Shown here: one piece after another, positions 1 through 6,285 of the stretch
Layout: every line of letters begins with the position of its first letter
Position numbering within the stretch: position 1 is the stretch's first letter
The notes under the pieces: generated by a model
Told to the model about the DNA's origin: nothing
The model's input: only the letters and a program-made list of their open reading frames with translations
Database searches by the model: none
Program-made: the position numbers and the translations under genes
IMG/VR virus record: IMGVR_UViG_3300019768_000006
Coordinates: 1-50,345 of that record
Length of the DNA: 50,345 nt
DNA from: a virus
Taxonomy: Duplodnaviria > Caudoviricetes
Strand: one strand, 5' to 3'

Positions 1-361
1 AGATTTCTTCTTCACGTTTTACAACGTAATCGAAGATCATACCAAGAACTTCAGATTTGTTGATTGAGTTGAAACCAGCGTTAGTTCTTTTACCTGTGAT
101 TTCTAAAGTCTCAGGATCGAACTCAACTAATACTAGTCTGTTCTCAGGATCGTACTTATCATCTGGTTCTCTATCGTAAGCGATAGCGTCTACTACAACT
201 TTATGATTTCCATTAGATACTAATACAGTACCGATTGCTGGAAGATCACCAGTGTAAGGACCACCTGATAAAGTGTCAACACCAATTACTAAACCGTCTG
301 TTGCATCTGCAACTGTTTCTTTTAACATTTTGATTGCTAATGCTAAATCTCTTAAATTCAT
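1..361 (-). CDS. hypothetical protein, runs off the window edge (probably highly expressed)
   Basis: ATG at 361 after AGGAGG; open frame MNLRDLALAIKMLKETVADATDG...VKREEEI to position 1; biased codons (GGT, GTT, ACT, AAC, TTC); not in the ORF track. Confidence 0.8.
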   Translation of the reverse strand, partial: MNLRDLALAIKMLKETVADATDGLVIGVDTLSGGPYTGDLPAIGTVLVSNGNHKVVVDAIAYDREPDDKYDPENRLVLVEFDPETLEITGKRTNAGFNSINKSEVLGMIFDYVVKREEEI

Positions 362-409
362 GTTATTCCTCCTAGGAAAATAGGTTAATGGGATCACCCC
401 ATATAGTTT

Positions 410-901
410 TTATAAAAGCTGGAAAGCTTCTTTGATTGCTTGTACATTAGCACCATGTAAAATTCTATTGGTGTCTTTTTGTACCCTCTTTGAGATTGCT
501 GGATAGTCTAGATTAGCTATCCATGCCCAGCATTGAACTGGCTCAAATAGGTTGTATTTATGAACTGCTAAATGTTGTAAATCTATTGGGTCAATTGGAA
601 TCACATTGATTTGTTTGCGGTGATTCATATCACGAATATGATTCTTTAACAGTACACTTAATGAGCAACCATAATAAGCATCCAGTGCTCTTATGTTAAT
701 TTGATTAATTGGTAGATTATAAATCATACCAAATACATTGTTACCACCCCATCGCTTTAATCCGATAGTGTGAAATGTTGTTTTATTAATAGACCACAAT
801 TTGCCCTCGGCAATACCAAGGGCTATAGGTGTCATATCGTATATTTTGATAAGCTTTTGTACACGCTTTGTCATCATTTCATCAGATAAAAAGATTAACA
901 T
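410..901 (-). CDS. hypothetical protein, possibly gamma-glutamylcyclotransferase-like
   Basis: 163 aa; VFGMIY...IRALDAYYG...AWIAN resembles the GGCT/AIG2-like pattern, but the usual catalytic Glu is not evident. Confidence 0.4.
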   Translation of the reverse strand: MLIFLSDEMMTKRVQKLIKIYDMTPIALGIAEGKLWSINKTTFHTIGLKRWGGNNVFGMIYNLPINQINIRALDAYYGCSLSVLLKNHIRDMNHRKQINVIPIDPIDLQHLAVHKYNLFEPVQCWAWIANLDYPAISKRVQKDTNRILHGANVQAIKEAFQLL

Positions 902-1061
902 GTTTTCTTTTTGATGTAATATTTTCCTTCACATCTGTAGAATTGATGCTTTGAGTCTTTTACATCTACCTCGATATTATATTCATCATCTTTAATGTAT
1001 GTGAACTCAACTCCAAAGTCGTTGTTAAATCTATCAAGGTCTGACATTTTAATATATACTT

Positions 1062-1259
1062 TTAACATAATTCATCAATCCTTTTAGATATTCTGTGTTG
1101 TTTCATAAGTCTTAGAAGTGTGACTCGTGAAATGGAAAGCTCTTTTGCTATTTGAGTTGTTGTCAACTCATCGTCAACATAAAGCTTTCTGAGGGTTTCT
1201 CGGTCTATGTGAACTTTATTTGAGGGCTCTTTTCTAGTCATCGAATACTCCGAATACAT
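1062..1259 (-). CDS. small helix-turn-helix DNA-binding protein
   Basis: LYVDDELTTTQIAKELSISRVTLLRLMK is a typical HTH. Confidence 0.7.
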   Translation of the reverse strand: MYSEYSMTRKEPSNKVHIDRETLRKLYVDDELTTTQIAKELSISRVTLLRLMKQHRISKRIDELC

Positions 1260-1304
1260 CTAATATCATCCATATTAATGTTATTATTGCAATTATAAAT
1301 AATG

Positions 1305-2276
1305 CTAACATTCAAAGTCTCCTTTCAAAATAAAGTTTTTCAACCAAGTTTTGATACGTTTAACTTCGTCGAATTTAATATATTCACTATTTCTGTGAGC
1401 CTCGTAATAGCCCGCAGAAACGTTTACGAAGTTTTGTACAAGATATTTCAGTGTGAAGTTATCACTCATTGAACCTTTCTCAAGGCTTGGATTGATACCA
1501 CTGATAATAGCCCATTTTGCCAGCTCAGCAATAAAGTAATTACTTCCATTTCTTTCTGAGCCAGTTGTTACGCAAATGTGATTACCTCCACGTCTATCTA
1601 TTGTTAGACCATAGAGTATATCTTCGAACCAGTCTGCATGGTTTTTAGCAGCAAATGTTGCACCATTACATCCAGTTTCTTCTTCAGTTGTAAAGAGAAT
1701 TTTCATAGGGATTTCTGTGGTTCGTGCTATATCAAGAGCAATAGCAATTCCACACTTATCGTCTCCACCCATTGGTCTTGTTTTGTTACTTGTAATTTTC
1801 TTCGTTTTTTCTTCATATTTTAGTTCGAATACCTCTTGTTCTTCCTCTTCTTCCGAAGATTTCTTCTCAGGACCATCATAGTATGGACAGTCTTCGTCAT
1901 AGTTTGTAGCAGTTACAAGTCCATAAGTCTCACATTGTACGTTGTATCTAGTAAATGATGAGTTTGGATAAGGTTTGTAAGATTTTATTTTACTACACTT
2001 TTTACAAGTGAAGCATTCACAAACGTCATTGTATGTGTAGCTTTTCTTAGACCATTTCGAGCCCTCTACAGAATCCATATGAGCATTAAGCAAAACATAT
2101 GGACCATCTCCACGGACTGCGTAAATATTAAAAGCTGCATCTATTTCTACTTTAAATCCAAATTCTAATAATATTGGAAACAAGTATTCAATGACTGGTT
2201 GTTCATTGCCTGAGAAGCTTTCTATATTGAGTAAATCCATTAGTGTATCTTTTAAGAACTCTTTTGAATTACTCAT
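1305..2276 (-). CDS. M20/M28-family metallopeptidase with Cys-rich insert
   Basis: Motifs SFSGNE, NAHMDSV, GGDDKCG, TEEETG, DRRG, SD and YYEAH in canonical order. Confidence 0.85.
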   Translation of the reverse strand: MSNSKEFLKDTLMDLLNIESFSGNEQPVIEYLFPILLEFGFKVEIDAAFNIYAVRGDGPYVLLNAHMDSVEGSKWSKKSYTYNDVCECFTCKKCSKIKSYKPYPNSSFTRYNVQCETYGLVTATNYDEDCPYYDGPEKKSSEEEEEQEVFELKYEEKTKKITSNKTRPMGGDDKCGIAIALDIARTTEIPMKILFTTEEETGCNGATFAAKNHADWFEDILYGLTIDRRGGNHICVTTGSERNGSNYFIAELAKWAIISGINPSLEKGSMSDNFTLKYLVQNFVNVSAGYYEAHRNSEYIKFDEVKRIKTWLKNFILKGDFEC

Positions 2277-3567
2277 TATGTCCCTCCTTGGCTTTATTCC
2301 AAGTTAACTTCACTGGTTTGACATTTGCATGTCTTTTATATTTCTTACCATCTTGAGATACTTTTGCATCTGTTATATTGTCATGGTAAACAGCTACTGA
2401 GTATTTACCAGACTTTAGACAATAATCGCAATTGTATTTGCCAGATTCTGTTTTATTGTGACAAGATTCTCTGCTGCAACCACAATGAGTTGAATTGTAA
2501 CCCTCTCCATCTTCATCATCCCAGATAAACTGTTGTTTAAATCCTACAGGTGCATCATCATATGATATATAAATTATACTTTCAGTTGGAATTATAAAAT
2601 TTTCATCTGAGGTTTTTTGTTCAGATGTATAATCATCAAAGATTGCTACTTCTACATTATCTAGTTCTTCGCAAATCTTCTTCAATGTCAACACCAATGA
2701 TGGTGTATATGTTGAATGAGGATAAGCGCGGTCTGGTACGATATAGTATTTATTACTATGCTCATCGTGTAACAGCCTTACAAGTGTTCTTGTAACCATT
2801 ACTTGATGTTCTTCTGTGATTGCATTTACACTACCTTCTGGAACAGCTTTATTTCCATTAGTAACATATGCTATTAAACTAGATTCATCTAATAAGTTTA
2901 AAGCAATCCCTCCAATATAATTATCATTGGGTTTGTGAGTTGATACGTTTTGACAAGAAGTATATTCTTTCTTCTCAAATACATTAGACATACATAAGAA
3001 AGTTGCACTAGAATTTGTAATTACTAACTTAAGTCCTCCGAAGTCCTTTGCAGTTTTCTTAGACTCGTAAGTCTTATACCATTCTCTTGAAGCCGATTGA
3101 TCTTTGTTACCTGGATTAACAAATTCATAAATCTTTTTACAATATTTAAGAATCTTTTGACCATTAGGCATTTTACCACTCTCAAATACTTGAGGTGTCA
3201 TTTGCTCTAATTGTTGATACAGCTCGATAAGCTTTTTTGAGGTGTCTGAGATTTTAGAATCAATTACCATTGTTTCAAATTCAGACTCTACCTGTTCTTT
3301 TTGTTCTTCTGGGATCGAGTCAATAATGTCGTTGATTAGAGACAATACAAAGTTCTTATACCATCCCGGTAAACTAGCGATTTCTAAATCGTGAACTCCG
3401 ATAAAGTTCTCTAATACACTATTGACTTTTTTGTAGACTCCTTGAGCTACTATTTGGTCATATTGGGCCTTCATAATGTTTTTACGATAACTCATATCGA
3501 CCAATACTTGTTTTACTATTTTTTGTGCTGACTCACGGTCATTAGCACCTAAGATACCAATACTCAT
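2269..3567 (-). CDS. hypothetical phage protein with C-terminal Cys cluster
   Basis: 432 aa; AGGAGG RBS; FLCMS, TSCQ, LDESSLIAYV, DRAYP motifs; C-terminal HCGC..SC..CDYC. Confidence 0.75.
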   Translation of the reverse strand: MSIGILGANDRESAQKIVKQVLVDMSYRKNIMKAQYDQIVAQGVYKKVNSVLENFIGVHDLEIASLPGWYKNFVLSLINDIIDSIPEEQKEQVESEFETMVIDSKISDTSKKLIELYQQLEQMTPQVFESGKMPNGQKILKYCKKIYEFVNPGNKDQSASREWYKTYESKKTAKDFGGLKLVITNSSATFLCMSNVFEKKEYTSCQNVSTHKPNDNYIGGIALNLLDESSLIAYVTNGNKAVPEGSVNAITEEHQVMVTRTLVRLLHDEHSNKYYIVPDRAYPHSTYTPSLVLTLKKICEELDNVEVAIFDDYTSEQKTSDENFIIPTESIIYISYDDAPVGFKQQFIWDDEDGEGYNSTHCGCSRESCHNKTESGKYNCDYCLKSGKYSVAVYHDNITDAKVSQDGKKYKRHANVKPVKLTWNKAKEGHNE

Positions 3568-3587
3568 GTATTGATTCCTCCTTTCAT

Positions 3588-3833
3588 TTATTTATTAAGC
3601 ATTTCTTGGAAAGCTTTTATAACATTGCTTTTTATATATTTTTCAATATATTGTTCTAATACATAGTATCCATGATTATCTTCACAATTACCACTACAAT
3701 CATGAAGTCCACATATTGCATTATAAAATCTTATACCATAAATTTTATCACCAGTTTCAATAATTTTACCATATTCTCCAGCTAAATTATGAGGTTCTTT
3801 TATAATTACTCTATCTCCTATTTTTAGGTCCAT
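3588..3833 (-). CDS. small KOW/SH3-like protein, C-terminal-motif family
   Basis: N-term LKIGDRV; C-term SNVIKAFQEML. Confidence 0.75.
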   Translation of the reverse strand: MDLKIGDRVIIKEPHNLAGEYGKIIETGDKIYGIRFYNAICGLHDCSGNCEDNHGYYVLEQYIEKYIKSNVIKAFQEMLNK

Positions 3834-3834
3834 A

Positions 3835-4041
3835 TTAGTTCTCCAATAGTTTTATGAAAGTTTGTATAATAGAATTGTAATTACCGAATTTATACTCGCT
3901 ATATCTTGCAATTTTATTTGTATCATCAAATTTAATTTTAACTAAAAAATTGTTAATATATCCAATAACTATTCCAGTTCTATTATATGAATCAGACCAT
4001 TCAATAGTTCCAATTACCTTATCACCTTTTTTAAATTTCAT
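3835..4041 (-). CDS. small KOW/SH3-like protein, C-terminal-motif family
   Basis: MKFKKGDKV; C-term NSIIQTFIKLL; GGAGG RBS. Confidence 0.8.
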   Translation of the reverse strand: MKFKKGDKVIGTIEWSDSYNRTGIVIGYINNFLVKIKFDDTNKIARYSEYKFGNYNSIIQTFIKLLEN

Positions 4042-4062
4042 AGTGTACCTCCATATGTAATC

Positions 4063-4097
4063 GAGGACTTAATTTCTAGCCAAGTCCTCAGAGAGCC
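4063..4097 (-). ncRNA. structured RNA motif, copy 1 (hairpin/pseudoknot)
   Basis: CGGCU-CUCU-GAGGACUU-GGCUAGAAAUU-AAGUCCUC; second copy at 4862-4896 has a different stem but the same loop. Confidence 0.6.
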
Positions 4098-4116
4098 GAA
4101 AGGAGGTATATTTATG

Positions 4117-4365
4117 TTAATTACAAAGTTGTCTAAATTTGTTGAGTATTTTATTTTCTTTAACTAAATTAAATCTTTCTTCATATATATTATATTTATT
4201 AGTATCTTGGTTTTCTAATCTTTTTACTGTTGGGTGTTGCGTTGTACCATTATTAAGGTAACTAGTCCAAAAACCTACTACTTCAAATTTATCTCCAGGT
4301 TTAAAATCGCCTTTTTTACAGTTTATTTCAACTATATCTCCGATTATAAATTTACATTTCTTCAT
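4117..4365 (-). CDS. small KOW/SH3-like protein, C-terminal-motif family
   Basis: KFIIGDIV; C-term NKILNKFRQL. Confidence 0.8.
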   Translation of the reverse strand: MKKCKFIIGDIVEINCKKGDFKPGDKFEVVGFWTSYLNNGTTQHPTVKRLENQDTNKYNIYEERFNLVKENKILNKFRQLCN

Positions 4366-4390
4366 GAGTCCTCCGAATAATCTTATGAGT

Positions 4391-4420
4391 TGAGCAGTTT
4401 CTTTGCTTGCTCAGGCGCAA
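4391..4420 (-). ncRNA. predicted H-type pseudoknot
   Basis: UUGC-GCC-UGAGCA-A-GCAA-AGAAAC-UGCUCA. Confidence 0.5.
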
Positions 4421-4557
4421 GGAGTGGGTCGTTATACAATAATCTGTTGGCTCGCATTTTCTTATAAGTTATTGTCATAAAGAAAACTTGAGGAAAGAAA
4501 TGACTTTGACCTTGCTAAAGGGTCTGGCTATTGGCTATCAAGCCTAGCCTAGCACAT

Positions 4558-4634
4558 TGGCTACGGAGGTGAGATTTGAACTCACAACAACTGACTTCAA
4601 AGGCCAGTGCTCCACACTTTTTAGCTACTCCGCA
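4558..4634 (-). tRNA. tRNA-Gln(UUG)
   Basis: Acceptor UGCGGAG/CUCCGUA, anticodon arm CUGGC-CUUUGAA-GUCAG, T-arm GUGAG-UUCAAAU-CUCAC, encoded GCCA. Confidence 0.9.
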
Positions 4635-4640
4635 ATATGT

Positions 4641-4682
4641 AACAACCTTTTTTAATTATGACAGAAAGGCTGCCTAAACTGC
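4641..4682 (-). ncRNA. predicted H-type pseudoknot
   Basis: GCAG-UUUA-GGCAGCCUUU-CUGU-CAUAAUUAAA-AAAGGUUGUU. Confidence 0.5.
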
Positions 4683-4687
4683 GCTCC

Positions 4688-4774
4688 TGGCACAGGCCCT
4701 GAGACTCGAACTCAGATTGGTTCTAGAGACCACGGTTTTGGAGACCGCTGCATTTCCATTTATGCTAGACCTAT
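4688..4774 (-). tRNA. tRNA-Trp(CCA) with unusually long variable region
   Basis: AUAGGUC/GGCCUGU acceptor, D-arm GCAU-AAAUGGAA-AUGC, GCGGU-CUCCAAA-ACCGU, 16-nt variable region, CUGAG-UUCGAGU-CUCAG, GCCA. Confidence 0.88.
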
Positions 4775-4780
4775 ATACGT

Positions 4781-4852
4781 AGGCAAGTGGAGGATTCGAA
4801 CCCCCGTAAGCATGTAGTCGACATACACGATTAACTCACCGTTATTCTTGCC
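4781..4852 (-). ncRNA. tRNA-like RNA or degenerate tRNA (nominal UCG anticodon)
   Basis: GGCAAG/CUUGCC acceptor, T-arm GGGGG-UUCGAAU-CCUCC, stem GUGUA-UGUCGAC-UACAU lacking U33; no encoded CCA. Confidence 0.6.
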
Positions 4853-4861
4853 ATATCAATT

Positions 4862-4896
4862 GTGGTTAATTTCTAGCCAACCACCGCTGAAAGCCG
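4862..4896 (-). ncRNA. structured RNA motif, copy 2
   Basis: CGGCU-UUCAGCG-GUGGUU-GGCUAGAAAUU-AACCAC. Confidence 0.6.
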
Positions 4897-4908
4897 ATGT
4901 TATTTGAC

Positions 4909-5032
4909 TGGTGAGATGTATAGGATTCGAACCTATATTGTCAGGTGTGCCGCCAATTACACCAAGCGGGCCGTAGCCCACTACTGGACTTGAACCAATT
5001 CCTCCCAACTGTTCCCATTAACTTAACATCTC
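4909..5032 (-). ncRNA. anticodon-less double tRNA-like RNA (two elbows, one CCA end)
   Basis: Two T-arms, two D-arms, two 7-bp acceptor stems (one closed by cUACGg, one ending ACCA), joined by a shared GUUGGG/CCUGAC stem. Confidence 0.8.
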
Positions 5033-5039
5033 ACGCCGC

Positions 5040-5096
5040 CCTAGTTTTGTTTACATGCTTTATAGTCTCAAGGAAACTAGGAAAAGTCCAGACTAT
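5040..5096 (-). ncRNA. predicted H-type pseudoknot
   Basis: AUAGUCU...AGACUAU (P1) interlocked with CCUAGUUU...AAACUAGG (P2). Confidence 0.6.
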
Positions 5097-5099
5097 CAT

Positions 5100-5176
5100 T
5101 GGTACTCGCCCAGGGTCTTGAACCCCGTACCTCTCGGATATAAGCCGAGTGCTCTAACCAGATGAGCTAGACGAGC
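5100..5176 (-). tRNA. tRNA-Ile(UAU)
   Basis: GCUCGUC/GGCGAGU, GCUC-AUCUGGUUA-GAGC, CUCGG-CUUAUAU-CCGAG, CGGGG-UUCAAGA-CCCUG, ACCA. Confidence 0.92.
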
Positions 5177-5352
5177 ATGAAGAGTTAAGTAAGCCTTTGA
5201 AAGTCTTGTTATCATTATTTTGCACCTATCTATATAAATAAGATAGTACCGCTCACATGTTACTCTTTTCAGTCTGCTGTTAATCTCAACATCTAATAAT
5301 TATTAGACCTTACTAGTGGCCACATATTGTCAGAAATATGATATGTAAAATT

Positions 5353-5383
5353 GGGTAAGCATTTATTAGCCCTTACCCGAGGC
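5353..5383 (-). ncRNA. predicted H-type pseudoknot
   Basis: GCC-UC-GGGUAAG-GGC-UAAUAAAUG-CUUACCC. Confidence 0.5.
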
Positions 5384-5390
5384 ATATGTA

Positions 5391-5738
5391 TTAATAATCT
5401 ATATATTCGCTACATTTTGTAATATCAATTTCTACATTTTCTTTATTTGGATAATTTATAGTTAAACTCAAATTACTTGAATAATAACCGTTTTGCTCAT
5501 CATAACAATGAATCGTATAACCATTAATTCTAAATCCAATACCTTCGACTTTTTCAAATTCTATTGTGTTGAATATAAGGTTTTCAAAACCTGTATCGTC
5601 CAGACTAGACCAGTCTGCATATACATGCTCACATCAATCTTGTTCGTGATAGTCTTCAATTTTTAAACCATTAGAAAAATAAAGTCCATTATTAATTCTA
5701 ACTGTTAATGGCCCATCTTGACCGTCATATAATAGCAT
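5391..5738 (-). CDS. candidate selenoprotein (115 aa, in-frame UGA at codon 35)
   Basis: GAAAGGA RBS + ATG 5738; MLLYDGQDGP...DYHEQD-TGA(5636-5634)-CEHVYADWSSLDD...CYDEQNGYYSSNL...EYIDY-TAA; SECIS-like hairpin just downstream of the UGA. Confidence 0.8.
5601..5617 (-). promoter_or_regulatory. bacterial SECIS-like hairpin
   Basis: CAGACU-GGUCU-AGUCUG; stem starts 16 nt and loop 22 nt after the UGA; the loop shares GGUCU with the E. coli fdhF SECIS loop. Confidence 0.7.
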
Positions 5739-5776
5739 ATTACATCCTTTCTCTAGTTTACTATGTATAAGGATGT

Positions 5777-5809
5777 AAGCCCTTATTACTCTACCCAGGG
5801 CTCAGGGGT
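5777..5809 (-). ncRNA. predicted H-type pseudoknot
   Basis: ACCC-CU-GAGCCCU-GGGU-AGAGUAAUA-AGGGCUU. Confidence 0.55.
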
Positions 5810-5816
5810 TATGTAA

Positions 5817-5933
5817 TGGAAAGCGTGTTGGGAGTCGAACCCAACTGCATAGTGATCAAATCCATACAACACTGACCGCAAGTACTTGTGCCTACTGCCT
5901 AGAATTTTTCAACATTTTCCTTTGTGTACGCTC
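5817..5933 (-). ncRNA. enlarged tRNA-like RNA with CCA end
   Basis: GAGCGU/ACGCUU acceptor + UCCA; GUUGGG-UUCGACU-CCCAAC T-arm; internal stem UGUAUGG/CUAUGCA; no canonical anticodon arm. Confidence 0.65.
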
Positions 5934-5987
5934 ACAGTTCTGAGCCAGCCCCGTAAGACCTGGGCCAGCTCGCTGATGATCTATTTT

Positions 5988-6167
5988 TTATTGTGTCTTG
6001 CTAACTTGAGAAGTTTTGTTAAGCGTAGTCTTTACAGCTTCAGGAGTTGCAGCAGCTTGTTGCTTTTTGATTTCTCTTGTTTTCGCAAGGTTGATACCAC
6101 CAATATAAATTTCATTTCTTCTGTTTCTTCCTCGTCTTGAGCGAGATTGTTTCTTAGTGTAAGTCAT
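5988..6167 (-). CDS. small basic protein
   Basis: AAGGAGG RBS before MTYTKKQSRSRRGRNRR; Arg/Lys-rich. Confidence 0.6.
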   Translation of the reverse strand: MTYTKKQSRSRRGRNRRNEIYIGGINLAKTREIKKQQAAATPEAVKTTLNKTSQVSKTQ

Positions 6168-6285
6168 GATAAGCCTCCTTAGCTTAATGAAGATGTTTAA
6201 TAACCTCATAAAACTCTAATATGCATATTAACATCTCGAAATGATGCACATTAAATTTATATATTATTTCTATAACTACCTCCGG

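Noticed and set aside
410-448. C-terminus VQAIKEAFQLL as a 14th member of the tag family
   Set aside because: Only a partial match (no N/S at the start, no K/R before F, different spacing) on a larger enzyme-like protein
4063-4097. Hammerhead ribozyme (CUGAGGA...GAAA)
   Set aside because: No stem II between the core motifs, and the second copy lacks CUGANGA
4591-4608. Plus-strand CTGACTTCAAAGGCCAG as a tRNA-Sec (UCA) anticodon arm
   Set aside because: It is the reverse complement of the tRNA-Gln(UUG) arm; the T-loop and CCA are on the minus strand
5040-5096. HDV-like ribozyme or known riboswitch
   Set aside because: No P3/P1.1 elements or recognisable ligand-binding consensus; kept only as a generic pseudoknot
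5634-5636. Genome-wide UGA reassignment (genetic code 4/25)
   Set aside because: TGA ends several clear genes (exonuclease 40313, helicase 47007, 46741, 48373) and the long genes are intact in code 11; the read-through is local
5817-5990. tmRNA or SRP RNA
   Set aside because: The acceptor closes after only 117 nt, with no G3-U70 Ala identity and no tag ORF; the upstream GC hairpin lacks the SRP GGAA tetraloop/AGCAG motif
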